From Candidatus Harrisonbacteria bacterium (GTDB lineage: Bacteria; Patescibacteriota; Minisyncoccia; UBA6257; 02-FULL-45-10c), in NCBI GenBank assembly GCA_016192685.1, contig JACPTS010000001.1, positions 458,628 through 522,627 on the forward strand: 64,000 nt of DNA, read 5' to 3'. Each line of letters starts with the position of its first letter. Within the stretch, counting starts at the first letter, position 1. A model generated the notes under the pieces. The model saw only the letters and a program-made list of their open reading frames with translations, was not told the DNA's origin and searched no databases. This document shows positions 38,659 to 48,936 of this stretch, piece after piece. The translations under genes and the position numbers were made by a program.

Positions 38659-40172
38659 AATATATGCCAACAATTGGTTTAGAGATTCATTCGGAGCTTA
38701 AAACAGCAACGAAAATGTTTTGTGATTGTCCGAACGACCCGGATGAGAAGCACCCCAATACCAATGTCTGCCCGATTTGCTTGGGACATCCGGGAGTTTT
38801 ACCGACCATTAATAAAAAAGCCGTAGAGTCAATTATTAAAATTGGTTTCACGGTTAGCGGGAAAATTAATGAAAATTTTAAATTTGACCGGAAAAATTAT
38901 TTTTATCCGGATTTGCCGAAAGGTTACCAGATTTCCCAATATGATTTGCCGATTGTGAAAGGCGGCAGTCTGGATATTTCCGATAGACTGGGAATGACTA
39001 AAATTGTTTATTTAGATAGAGTGCATTTAGAAGAAGACGCCGCGAGGCTAGTACACGGCGGTAGCCCTTCGACAAGGGCTTCGACTGAGCTCAGCCGAAT
39101 GTCCTCAGGGCAACAAGCTTCGCTTGTTGATTTTAATCGTGGCGGTGTTCCGCTGATGGAGTTAGTTACCGAACCCAATATGCATACAGCCGAAGAAGCG
39201 GTAGCTTTTGCCAAAGAATTACAGTTGATTTTGCGGTATTTGGAAGTTTCGGACGCGGATTTGGAAAGAGGCCAGATGAGATTTGACGCGAATATTAGTT
39301 TGACGAACGATCAACAACCAACGACTAACGACAAGTTAGGGACTAAAGTTGAAATCAAGAATTTAAATTCTTTTGCGGCATTGGAACAAGCAATTCAACA
39401 CGAAATAGAGCGCCAAACCGAAGTTTTAGAAAGCAGTAAGTTTGTAAAGCAAGAAACTCGCGGCTGGGATGACGTAAAAAAGAAAACTGTCAGCCAGCGG
39501 TCAAAAGAAGAAGCCCATGATTACCGTTATTTCCCGGAACCGGATTTGCCGCCGCTGGAAGCTTCGGCTTTTGATTTAGCGAGTTTGAAACTAGCTGTTC
39601 CGGAATTGCCCAAAGAAAAAAGGCAGCGTTTTAAAGAACAGCTTGGCTTAAATTTTGAGCAGGCCGATCTTTTGGCGGAAGATCGCCAAGCCGCCGCTTA
39701 TTTTGAAGAAGCGATTTCGGAATTAGAGGCAGACAGCGGTTTATCAGCCGGCAAAGAAAAAATCCAGCTGGCATTTAATTATTTAACCAGTGATCTCCGC
39801 GGTTTGATGAAAGAATACGAATTAAGCTTTGAAAGCTTAAAAATTACTCCGGAGAACTTTGGGGATTTAATTGAGATGATTTCTAAAAAAGAAATTTCCA
39901 GCCGCACCGCCAAAGATTTATTAGTGAAGATGCTGGAGGGCGTAGACCCCCGAACACTGGTAGAAAATGAAGGACTGGCTCAAGTATCGGAGGAAAGCGC
40001 CTTATTAGAAACCATTAAAAAGGTTATTTCGGAAAATCCGGCGGCAGTTGCGGATTATAAAAAAGGAAAATCCAACGCCTTGCAGTTTTTAGTTGGCAAA
40101 GCAATGGCGGAACTTGGGGGCAGAGGGAACCCATCGGTTTTAAAATCCTTATTTGAAAAAGAATTGGAGTGA
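38655..40172 (+). CDS. gatB: Asp/Glu-tRNA amidotransferase subunit B
   Basis: IGLEIH, RKNYFYPDLPKGYQISQ, HLEED, EIKNLNS, DYRYFPEPDLPP. Confidence 0.97.
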   Translation: MKYMPTIGLEIHSELKTATKMFCDCPNDPDEKHPNTNVCPICLGHPGVLPTINKKAVESIIKIGFTVSGKINENFKFDRKNYFYPDLPKGYQISQYDLPIVKGGSLDISDRLGMTKIVYLDRVHLEEDAARLVHGGSPSTRASTELSRMSSGQQASLVDFNRGGVPLMELVTEPNMHTAEEAVAFAKELQLILRYLEVSDADLERGQMRFDANISLTNDQQPTTNDKLGTKVEIKNLNSFAALEQAIQHEIERQTEVLESSKFVKQETRGWDDVKKKTVSQRSKEEAHDYRYFPEPDLPPLEASAFDLASLKLAVPELPKEKRQRFKEQLGLNFEQADLLAEDRQAAAYFEEAISELEADSGLSAGKEKIQLAFNYLTSDLRGLMKEYELSFESLKITPENFGDLIEMISKKEISSRTAKDLLVKMLEGVDPRTLVENEGLAQVSEESALLETIKKVISENPAAVADYKKGKSNALQFLVGKAMAELGGRGNPSVLKSLFEKELE

Positions 40173-40198
40173 TGGTATAATTTATTTAGTTTTAATTT

Positions 40199-40432
40199 AT
40201 GGAGCCAGAAATGAATCCGCATAAAGAAATTGAAGAGATTATTAGGCAGACGCAAAAAGAGCGTTTAAGAAAAGAGAGATTAATGGCGGAACAAAAAATT
40301 CTGGCGCGCGAGAAAGCCATCAGAGAAACAGAAGAAGGAATAAAGCAAGCAGGCGTTACGGCCGAAGATATAGAACAATTAGAAAAGGCAGTCCGAATTC
40401 AAAGATTAAAAAAACCCGATTCTCAAATATAA
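40199..40432 (+). CDS. Small hypothetical coiled-coil protein
   Basis: TATAAT upstream; ends at bidirectional terminator ATGACCGCT..AGCGGTCAT. Confidence 0.5.
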   Translation: MEPEMNPHKEIEEIIRQTQKERLRKERLMAEQKILAREKAIRETEEGIKQAGVTAEDIEQLEKAVRIQRLKKPDSQI

Positions 40433-40457
40433 TGACCGCTCCCGGAGCGGTCATTTT

Positions 40458-42200
40458 TTATGACGAGTTTGTCCTATTTTTTATTTCTTCCCTAAGCTTT
40501 TCTTTTAAGGATTCCAATTTCATATTGCCAAGAACGCCGGTTTTATAATGGCGGACATTCGCGCTATTTTGTTCAATTTCTTTATCTCCAGCCACTAATA
40601 TATAAGGAATTTTTTGAAGCTGGGCGTTTCGGATTTTTTTACCCAGCGTTTCATTTTCTTCGGAAATTTCCGCGCGGAATTCGGAAAGTTCTGACTTTAA
40701 TTTTTTCGCGTAATCAAGATGTTTTTCGGAAATCGGGACAATGGCGATTTGAACCGGCGCGAGCCAAAGCGGAAAAGCGCCGCCGAAGTGTTCAATAAGA
40801 ATTCCCAAAAATCTTTCGGTGGAACCAAGGATAGCGCGGTGAATTACTACCGGCTGCTGTTTTTTCCCAGCGGCATCGGTATATTCCAGTTCAAATCTTT
40901 TTGGCAGGTTCATATCCAATTGGATGGTAGACAGCTGCCATTCGCGGCCAAGGACATCTTTTAATATGAAATCCAGTTTTGGCCCGTAAAATGCGGCTTC
41001 GCCCACGCCGATTTCACTGCGCCAGCCGCGCTTGGCAATCAGGGTTTTCAGAGCGGCTTCTGATTCTTGCCAGACTTTCGGATTGCCGATGTATTTCTCT
41101 TTATTTTTTGGGTCGCTGACGGAAATTCTTATCCAAAAATCTTTAAAGCCAAAATCTTGATAAGCTTGGCCAATCATATCCAGCATCAGATTGATTTCGG
41201 ATTCAATTTGTTCCGGAGCGCAAAATACGTGGCAATCGTCCTGGGTTAGCGCCCGAACTCTGGTTAAACCGGAAAGCTCGCCGCTTTTTTCATAGCGGTA
41301 GTTGGTGGTGGTGGCAGTGTAGCGAAGCGGCAAATCGCGGTAAGAATGAGGTTCGGTTTTATAAAGCATCATAAAATGCGGGCAGTTCATCGGTTTCAGA
41401 TAATAATCAGCCTCATCTTTTAATTTCATTGGCGGATACATCGCGTCGTATTTATCTAAATGCCCGGAAATTTTATAAAGTTCGCCTTTAGTAATATGCG
41501 GTATCCAGATTGGCACATAGCCGTTTTTTTCCTGGAGTTCAATGATATAGTTTTCCACCAAGCGGCGGAGAATCGCGCCTTTGGGATAAAAAAGCGGCAG
41601 GCCCGGACCAATTTCATCAATAATGGTAAATAAGCCGAGTTCTTTTCCAAGTTTTCTATGGTCGCGTTTTTTTGCTTCTTCCACCATTTTTAAATGTTCT
41701 TCCAGTTCTTGTTTAGTATTAAAAGCCAGGCCGTAGATTCTGGTGAGCATTGGATTTTTTTCACTGCCGCGCCAATAAGCGCCAGCCAAGTGAGTTAATT
41801 TAAATGATTCAGGATTAATTTCTTTGGTATTTTTCACATGCCCCCCGCGGCAAAGGTCGGTAAAGATATCACCAGTATGATAAATAGTCAGCGGTTTTTT
41901 ATCTTTAGAAAATTCTTTAATTAAATCTAGCTTAAACGGCTGGCCTTTAAACATTTTTTTAGCCTTTAGGGGCGTGAGTTTTTCGCCTTTAAAATCCAGG
42001 CCGGCTTTAATCAGCGAGCGCATTTCGTTTTCCAGCCGTTCTAAATCAGCTTCAGCTATCGGTTTGGGAAACTGGAAATCATAATAAAACCCGTTTTCAA
42101 TCACCGGACCAATGCCGAGTTTAGTTTTCGGATATTTTTTAAGCACTGCCGCCGCCAGCAAGTGCGCCAGCGAGTGCCGAATTTCTTCTAGTGATGACAT
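40458..42200 (-). CDS. thrS: Threonyl-tRNA synthetase (no N-terminal TGS domain)
   Basis: RHSLAHLLA, DLCRGGH, RDHRKLG, KPMNCP, AFYGPKLD, HRAILGS.ERF. Confidence 0.97.
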   Translation of the reverse strand: MSSLEEIRHSLAHLLAAAVLKKYPKTKLGIGPVIENGFYYDFQFPKPIAEADLERLENEMRSLIKAGLDFKGEKLTPLKAKKMFKGQPFKLDLIKEFSKDKKPLTIYHTGDIFTDLCRGGHVKNTKEINPESFKLTHLAGAYWRGSEKNPMLTRIYGLAFNTKQELEEHLKMVEEAKKRDHRKLGKELGLFTIIDEIGPGLPLFYPKGAILRRLVENYIIELQEKNGYVPIWIPHITKGELYKISGHLDKYDAMYPPMKLKDEADYYLKPMNCPHFMMLYKTEPHSYRDLPLRYTATTTNYRYEKSGELSGLTRVRALTQDDCHVFCAPEQIESEINLMLDMIGQAYQDFGFKDFWIRISVSDPKNKEKYIGNPKVWQESEAALKTLIAKRGWRSEIGVGEAAFYGPKLDFILKDVLGREWQLSTIQLDMNLPKRFELEYTDAAGKKQQPVVIHRAILGSTERFLGILIEHFGGAFPLWLAPVQIAIVPISEKHLDYAKKLKSELSEFRAEISEENETLGKKIRNAQLQKIPYILVAGDKEIEQNSANVRHYKTGVLGNMKLESLKEKLREEIKNRTNSS

Positions 42201-42271
42201 AAAGACTTGCGAAGTTAACATTATTTATTATATACTATTTTTAGCACAGTTACATTAAAGTTTGGGGCAGA

Positions 42272-42652
42272 ATGTTGAGTGAAAAAGAAGTAGAAAATAT
42301 TTGTAGAAAAGCCAAAGAAGGTAAGCTTAGCGAAATCGCCGCTTTTTTAAAAGATAAACTTGGAAGCAGATTGACTACTTTAATTAGCGGCAAACATGAC
42401 GCAAGCATTTTGGATTTATGGATAAGTGGACAAGAAAAGCCAACTAACATAGAAGAATTGCGTTTGCGTTACGGGTATGAAGCAACGGCGTTAGTAGTTG
42501 CTGAATTTGGCGCCGAAACAGCTAGGGCATGGTTTATGGGCACCCACGAAGAGTTGAATGATGGTTCTCCAGCTTGTTGGTTAGCAGATCATGAAAAAGA
42601 AGAGGATTTAAAATTAGTTGTTAGTGACGTAAAAGGTTTCCTTTATAGATAA
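42272..42652 (+). CDS. Xre/MbcA-like (antitoxin-type) HTH protein, no adjacent toxin seen
   Basis: W..G...P then ARAWFMG....L...SP pattern. Confidence 0.55.
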   Translation: MLSEKEVENICRKAKEGKLSEIAAFLKDKLGSRLTTLISGKHDASILDLWISGQEKPTNIEELRLRYGYEATALVVAEFGAETARAWFMGTHEELNDGSPACWLADHEKEEDLKLVVSDVKGFLYR

Positions 42653-42751
42653 ATAGTTTTATAAAACCTCGCATCCTGCGGGGTTTTTTTAATTTGATAT
42701 TTTATTTAAACCCTGTTATTTTATTTATAGCAAATTGAAAAGGCATTAGAG

Positions 42752-44140
42752 ATGGAAGAACAGACAGCGGTTGAAGAAGATAAGAAGGTTTGGAGTTTAT
42801 TGGTGAATGATATGTTATTTGGATTGGCAGGCAAACCTAGAAAGTGGGAAGATTGGAAGTTCTCCCAACCCCTTCAAGAACGAAGAATATTCGTTTTTAA
42901 TACATTAAAGGAAACAATCAAAGCTGATAGGAAGAAAAATCGCTTAGCCTGCAAGCAAGCCATAATTCTTGCCAGGCACTTCAAGCTTTTGGAAACAGAA
43001 CCCTTGGAAATCCAGGAATTGTATCTCCAAGTTTTTGTGATGACCGAATTTATGTTATCCGGACCAAATAGTTTTTCTAATTTGATAGAAAATCCGTTTT
43101 TATTTGAAGAGCAGCTGTTTTGGCGGCAAATTGCCGTTCATAATCTTAGTTTGTCACATGAATTTCAGAAGTATAATCTTAATTGGGAACATTGGTTAAA
43201 TTATCCTCCTGCCCGTTTTGAATCAAGAGTTAATAATGAAAATCAAGATGTTCTATGGGCTAAGCTTAATCAAGAATTGGATGCGCTAGTGGCGATGTTT
43301 GCGAATCATTCGTTACAACCAAGCCTTAGAAAAGATTGCATTGCCATTAAGAAAATGAAAAAAGAAATTCTGGCTGGCGAATTGGTTTTGTTGCGACGGT
43401 TTTTCCCGCGGTTTTTCCCGCTATATTATAAAACTCTTGATTATTTAAAGAAAAAAGGTCAACCAATCAGCGATCTATTGTCTAAGTTTGAAAGACCGGA
43501 TTTAATTAAGCAATTAATTTTGGAATTGGGGGAAATTAAAAGTAGGAATTTTATAATCAAGCTTTGGGAACGCGATTTTGGAAACTTATATTCGGGTAAT
43601 TATATAGGCAATTGTTTGGCAATTGGAAATAAAGGTTCTTGTCCAGTCATAACTCTTCCTGGGGTTCCGGGGGAAAAACGGCCGGCTGGAATTTTGGATT
43701 ACTTAGTTGATAAGGGGATTCAAGTGGTGGAGATTATGGAATGTAAAAATGGAGATGAGTATTATGTCGGGCAATGCTATCTTTATGTTTTTTTGGACAA
43801 TGGCAAGCCGGTTTTAATGGCGGATTCCATTGATTTTCGTCCGATTTATCAGTTAAGCCGCCGGAAATCTTTAAATTTTAAAATTAGAACCGAGCTGTTT
43901 AAATTTTTAATGGGTTATGCCAGCGCTATCGGCATTGAAAGGGTGGTAATAGCTAAAAATGGTCCGATATTGGAATCCGGTAAAAATAAAGGGGAGAGGC
44001 ACGTGATCGGCAATGACGTGGATGTTTCGGATTTGCTGGAAGTTAATTTTGAAAAGATTGAGAAGCTTGGCGGCTACTGGAATCATCAGCCTTATTTTCT
44101 GGAAAGCGTCGGCGGCACGGAAGCTTTTGTCATTAGGTAA
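42752..44140 (+). CDS. Hypothetical protein
   Basis: 462-aa ORF between two terminators; no motif confidently recognised. Confidence 0.6.
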   Translation: MEEQTAVEEDKKVWSLLVNDMLFGLAGKPRKWEDWKFSQPLQERRIFVFNTLKETIKADRKKNRLACKQAIILARHFKLLETEPLEIQELYLQVFVMTEFMLSGPNSFSNLIENPFLFEEQLFWRQIAVHNLSLSHEFQKYNLNWEHWLNYPPARFESRVNNENQDVLWAKLNQELDALVAMFANHSLQPSLRKDCIAIKKMKKEILAGELVLLRRFFPRFFPLYYKTLDYLKKKGQPISDLLSKFERPDLIKQLILELGEIKSRNFIIKLWERDFGNLYSGNYIGNCLAIGNKGSCPVITLPGVPGEKRPAGILDYLVDKGIQVVEIMECKNGDEYYVGQCYLYVFLDNGKPVLMADSIDFRPIYQLSRRKSLNFKIRTELFKFLMGYASAIGIERVVIAKNGPILESGKNKGERHVIGNDVDVSDLLEVNFEKIEKLGGYWNHQPYFLESVGGTEAFVIR

Positions 44141-44214
44141 ATCTAAAACCTCGTATTGCGAGGTTTTTTTATTTAGTTAACAATGCTACGATCGTAGCGT
44201 TGTTAACTAAAAGG

Positions 44215-47200
44215 CTAAAGTTCTTTTACGGAATCGCAAATCAGTTTTGGTTCGCCGTTCCGCCAAGACATTTTTCCGGAGACCAGTACGGCGTTATTTT
44301 CCCGCCAGACCGGCAGAGTTTTTTGGAGCGTGTCGGAAAAGACGATGACTTCCAGAGAATCATTAAAATCTTCCACTTTGGCAAAAACCATTTGTTGGCC
44401 GAGCTTGGTCATTACTCGCTGGACTTTGGAAACAATGCCGGCAATTTTCGGCCTGGGCGCGTATCCGTCTTCAGTTTTAACAAGCAAATTTTTTATCGGT
44501 TGGGAACCGGATTTTTCAATTTTATCTCTGTGCTGGTTCAGGGGGTGGTCGGAAATATAAAGTCCCAGCAATTCTTTTTCCCAGGTGAGTTTTTCCTGTG
44601 ATGTCGCGGTTGGGGCAGATTTTAATTTGAGCGCGTTTGAGGAAACAGTATGGCCGCCAAAAAGAGAAAATTGGTTAGTCTGTTTGGATTTTCTAAGAGT
44701 GTTCGCGAAACTGATAATTTCTTCAATATTAGCAAGTCCGGCGTTTCTTTCCATGCCAAGAGAATCCAGCGCCCCGCATTTTAACAAGCTTTCCAGAGAT
44801 TTTTTATTTAAATCCTTGTGCTCCACCCTTTGGAGAAAATCAGTAAAATTTTTATAGGGGCCGGATTTTTGCCGTTCGGCAACAATGGCTTCCACCACAT
44901 TTTGCCCGACATTTTTGATGGCCAGAAGCCCAAACCGGATATTTTTTTGGTCGGGCGTGAAATTCGCAAGGCTGGCATTGATATCCGGCGGCAATACATT
45001 TATTCCGGCTTTTTTCGCTTCCGCGATTAAAAAGGCCATTCGTTCCACGTCGCCGGCATCCGCATTGAATAAACTGGTGTAAAATTCCACCGGATAATGG
45101 GCGCGAAGATAAGCAGTCTGGTAGCCAATGATCGCGTAACAGGCGGCGTGCGACCGGTTGAACCCATACCGGTCAAAAGGTTCTATGAGAGTCCAGAAAT
45201 GTTCCGCGATTTCTTTTTTTACGCCGTTTTTAATCGCCCCGTTGATAACTTTTTCTTTTTGTTCCTGCATCAGCGATTTTATTTTTTTGCCGACAGCTTT
45301 CCGAAGAAGATCTGCTTCCGATAGCGTGAATCCGGAGAGCGCCCGCACGCCTGCCATTAATTGTTCTTGATAAATCATAATACCGTAGGTATTTTTTAAA
45401 ACCGGCTCCAAAAGCGGATGAAGATAAGCCACTCGTTCTTTGCCGAATTTTCTTTTCAGGTATTGCGGAATAAGTTCCATCGGCCCGGGACGGTAAAGAG
45501 AAATCATGGCAATAATATCTTCCAGTTCGGTAGGTTTTAATTCTTTTAAATATCTGCGCATGCCGCTGGATTCCAGCTGGAAAACTCCGGTGGTATCGGC
45601 AGCTTGTAAAATTGCGAAAGTTTTTTTATCATCCAGCGGAATTCGGCTGATGTTAATTCTTTCTCTGCCCGCGTCTTCAACGAGCCGCAAGGTGTCTTCA
45701 ATTATGGTTAAGTTTTTAATTCCCAGAAGATCCATTTTTAAAAGTCCCAAATCTTCCACGCTGTGCATTTCAAATTGGGTGATAATGGTATTTTCATCTT
45801 GCGGCGCGTATTGGATCGGCATATATTCGGTTAGGGGCTCTTTGGAAATAACAATGCCGCAGGCGTGGACTGAAGCATGCCGAACAACGCCCTCTAAATT
45901 TCTAGCGGCATCCAGCACCCGTTTTGCGTCCGGATTGTCGCGATACATCGCCTTTAGTTCAGAGACATTTTTTAAACATTCATCCAGCCAGCCCTCTTTC
46001 ATTCCTTGAGTCGGATTAAAAGGAATAAGTTTGGCGATTTGGTCGCAAAATCCATAATTTAATCCCATAGCCCGGCCGGCATCGCGAATTGCCGCGCGGG
46101 CCGCCATAGTTCCAAAAGTAATAATTTGCGCAACGTGATTTTTGCCGTATTTTTCTTCAATGTATCCCAACACTTCATTCCGGCGGGTGTCGGCAAAGTC
46201 CAAGTCAATATCCGGCATAGAGATTCTTTCCGGATTTAAAAACCTTTCAAAAAGAAGATTGTATTGCAGGGGATCAAGGTCAGTGATATTTAAAATATAA
46301 GAGATTATACTGCCGGCGGCCGAGCCTCGGCCCGGACCAACGACAATGCCGTGATCTTTTGCCCAGTTCACAAAGTCTTGGACAATCAAGAAATAGTCGG
46401 CAAACCCCATTTTTCCAATTACTTCCAGTTCAAATTCAATCCGTTTTTGGATTTCCGGAGTCAAATTAAGATAGCGGACCGAAGTTCGTTCAGTTACTAA
46501 TTCGCAAAGATAAGCATTAGCGGTTTTTTTGTCTGGGACATCAAATTTCGGCAGTTGGATTTTCCCGAGTTCCAATTCTAAATTACATTCGTTGGCTATT
46601 TTAACAGTATTAGCAATGGCTTCGGGGGCATCTTTAAAAAATTCCGCCATTTCTTCAGGAGAACGCAGGGAAAAATCATCATCTTTTAAAGTCAGGCGGT
46701 CGGCATCGGAAAGTTTATTGCCGGTTTGGACGGCGAGTAGGATATCGTGATACGGAGCATCTTCTTTTTTAACGTAATGGATGTCTTGGGTGGCAACGAG
46801 CGGGATGCCGGTGCTGGCAGAGATTTTTTTTAACCCCTCGTTAGCTTTTATGGTTGGCGTGATTCCCGGATGATGGCCGATTTCCAGATAAAAATTTCCC
46901 TTTCCGAAAATTTCCTCGTATTCCCTAGCGGTTTTTTCCGCTCCGGATAAATTATTTTGTAAAATTAATTTTGCCACCTCGCCGGTAATGCAGGCAGAAA
47001 GCGCGATTAACCCCTCATGGTATTGGCGGAGCAAATTTTTGTCTACCCGCGGTTTATAATAGTAGCCTTTGAGATGAGAAATGGTGACTAATTGGATTAA
47101 ATTTTTCCAGCCGGTCTGGTTTTTGGCTAAAAGAATCAGGTGGTAATATTTATTTTCGCCGTTGGAATTTTTTTCTAAATGGTTTTTAGGCGCCACGTAA

Positions 47201-47403
47201 GCTTCCATGCCCAAAATTGGTTTTACTCCGGCCTTTTTCGCCTTTTTATAAAATTCAATGGCGCCGTAGAGCGCGCCATGATCCGTGAGAGCGATAGAAT
47301 CCATTCCCAGTTCTTTAGCGTGGTTTACAATAGCGTCAATTTTTCCAAGGCCGTCAAGAAGCGAGTAGTGGGAATGGGTATGTAAATGGACAAAGCGAGA
47401 CAT
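44215..47403 (-). CDS. dnaE: DNA polymerase III alpha subunit
   Basis: PHP HLHTHSHYSLLDG, GPGRGSAAGS, MPDIDLDF, LLKMDLLG, YGFNRSH. Confidence 0.97.
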   Translation of the reverse strand: MSRFVHLHTHSHYSLLDGLGKIDAIVNHAKELGMDSIALTDHGALYGAIEFYKKAKKAGVKPILGMEAYVAPKNHLEKNSNGENKYYHLILLAKNQTGWKNLIQLVTISHLKGYYYKPRVDKNLLRQYHEGLIALSACITGEVAKLILQNNLSGAEKTAREYEEIFGKGNFYLEIGHHPGITPTIKANEGLKKISASTGIPLVATQDIHYVKKEDAPYHDILLAVQTGNKLSDADRLTLKDDDFSLRSPEEMAEFFKDAPEAIANTVKIANECNLELELGKIQLPKFDVPDKKTANAYLCELVTERTSVRYLNLTPEIQKRIEFELEVIGKMGFADYFLIVQDFVNWAKDHGIVVGPGRGSAAGSIISYILNITDLDPLQYNLLFERFLNPERISMPDIDLDFADTRRNEVLGYIEEKYGKNHVAQIITFGTMAARAAIRDAGRAMGLNYGFCDQIAKLIPFNPTQGMKEGWLDECLKNVSELKAMYRDNPDAKRVLDAARNLEGVVRHASVHACGIVISKEPLTEYMPIQYAPQDENTIITQFEMHSVEDLGLLKMDLLGIKNLTIIEDTLRLVEDAGRERINISRIPLDDKKTFAILQAADTTGVFQLESSGMRRYLKELKPTELEDIIAMISLYRPGPMELIPQYLKRKFGKERVAYLHPLLEPVLKNTYGIMIYQEQLMAGVRALSGFTLSEADLLRKAVGKKIKSLMQEQKEKVINGAIKNGVKKEIAEHFWTLIEPFDRYGFNRSHAACYAIIGYQTAYLRAHYPVEFYTSLFNADAGDVERMAFLIAEAKKAGINVLPPDINASLANFTPDQKNIRFGLLAIKNVGQNVVEAIVAERQKSGPYKNFTDFLQRVEHKDLNKKSLESLLKCGALDSLGMERNAGLANIEEIISFANTLRKSKQTNQFSLFGGHTVSSNALKLKSAPTATSQEKLTWEKELLGLYISDHPLNQHRDKIEKSGSQPIKNLLVKTEDGYAPRPKIAGIVSKVQRVMTKLGQQMVFAKVEDFNDSLEVIVFSDTLQKTLPVWRENNAVLVSGKMSWRNGEPKLICDSVKEL

Positions 47404-47516
47404 AATAATTAAATTTTACTGCCGGAGCGAAGTTAGAAGCAAGAAATATTGGGGATAAAGGATTGACTTCTTTAAAATCCATGTTAATATTAGAAAATTA
47501 AGATATTTTTATAATT

Positions 47517-47681
47517 ATGGGTGGCGTACCAGTAAAACATCGTTCTAAGTCCGCGGTTGGACATACTCGTTCTCATCAGGCCTTGAAAAAGGTGCCGGTT
47601 TTAGTTTGTTCCAATTGTAGGGCGCCAGTTTTGCCGCACCGAATTTGTCCCAATTGCAAGCAATATCGAAAAAGCGACTAG
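47517..47681 (+). CDS. rpmF: 50S ribosomal protein L32 (not in ORF track)
   Basis: MGGVPVKHRSKS...RSH..L...CSNC....LPHRICPNC. Confidence 0.92.
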   Translation: MGGVPVKHRSKSAVGHTRSHQALKKVPVLVCSNCRAPVLPHRICPNCKQYRKSD

Positions 47682-47751
47682 TGTTTAGCGACTAGCGACT
47701 AGTAAATTTTAAATAAATACTAGTGGCTAGTGGCTAGTGGCTAGTCCACTA
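47674..47751. repeat. Facing heptamer tandem arrays (GCGACTA)n and (CTAGTGG)n
   Basis: Visible 7-bp periodicity between rpmF and nusB. Confidence 0.75.
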
Positions 47752-47755
47752 ATGA

Positions 47756-48211
47756 ATGGCAACTCGACAACTTTGCAGATCAATAGTATTGCAATCCCTT
47801 TACGAGTGGGATTTTTATAAACAGAAATCGGATTTGACCGGGATTTTAGAGCGTAATCTCCAGGAGTTCGGCCCGGGAATTGACGAGCCGGAATTTGCCT
47901 GGAAAATTTTAAAAGGCATTATTGACCACAGAAAAGAAATTGATGAGATTATTGAAAAGGCGGCTCCGGATTGGCCGTTAGAGCAGATAGCGATTATTGA
48001 CCGCAACGCGCTCCGGGTCGGCCTTTATGAACTTTTATTCGCGGACCGGCAGGAGGTTCCGCCGAAAGTGGCGATTAACGAAGCCATTGAGATTGCTAAA
48101 AATTACGGCGGCCCGAATTCCGGAAAATTCATAAACGGCGTTTTGGGCACAATTTACCGGGAAATCGGCGAACCGGGCAAGGATGATAAGGCTCCGGAAA
48201 AAAAGGGATGA
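47756..48211 (+). CDS. nusB: Transcription antitermination factor NusB
   Basis: W...[32 protein letters not shown]. Confidence 0.96.
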   Translation: MATRQLCRSIVLQSLYEWDFYKQKSDLTGILERNLQEFGPGIDEPEFAWKILKGIIDHRKEIDEIIEKAAPDWPLEQIAIIDRNALRVGLYELLFADRQEVPPKVAINEAIEIAKNYGGPNSGKFINGVLGTIYREIGEPGKDDKAPEKKG

Positions 48212-48897
48212 ATTCAGACAAATTAGAAAATTTAATTTCTTACGATTTTAAAAATAAGGACCTTTTAAAAGAAGCGCTGACTCACCGTTCTTATTTAAAT
48301 GAAAATCCGAAATGGCCGTTGCCGCATAACGAACGGCTGGAATTTTTGGGCGATGCCGTCTTGGAATTGGCGATTACCGAATCTTTATATGAGCAATTTC
48401 CAAAAGAAAGCGAGGGGAAATTAACTACTTTGCGGGCGGCGCTTGTCAATTATCAGATGTTAGCCGGTTTATCCAAGCAGATTAGTCTGGAGAAATTTTT
48501 GCTGATGTCACGAGGGGAGGCCAAAGACACCGGCCGGGCGCGGGAAGTGATTTTGGCTAACGCGATGGAAGCGCTAATCGGAGCGATTTATTTGGATGCG
48601 GATTTTAAACAAGTAAAAAGTTTTGTTTTGAAATTCATTTTTCCGGAAATTAAAGAAGTGCTTCAAAAAGGCCTTGACCGCGACCCTAAAAGCTTGCTTC
48701 AGGAATGGTCGCAGGCAAATTTAAAAATAACCCCGCTTTACAAGCTGATCAGCGAGAAAGGGCCGGATCATAAGAAAGTTTTTACGGTGGCGGTTTATTT
48801 TGGTAAAGAAGAAATAGCGCGAGGCGAAGGAATGTCTAAGCAGGACGCGGAAGTGGAAGCCGCTAAAAAAGCACTTGCAATCAAAGCAATTTTATAG
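48208..48897 (+). CDS. rnc: Ribonuclease III
   Basis: [28 protein letters not shown], dsRBD. Confidence 0.97.
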   Translation: MNSDKLENLISYDFKNKDLLKEALTHRSYLNENPKWPLPHNERLEFLGDAVLELAITESLYEQFPKESEGKLTTLRAALVNYQMLAGLSKQISLEKFLLMSRGEAKDTGRAREVILANAMEALIGAIYLDADFKQVKSFVLKFIFPEIKEVLQKGLDRDPKSLLQEWSQANLKITPLYKLISEKGPDHKKVFTVAVYFGKEEIARGEGMSKQDAEVEAAKKALAIKAIL

Positions 48898-48936
48898 TTT
48901 TATTTAAGTAGTCTTTGCTCTTAGAAAATTGAATAA

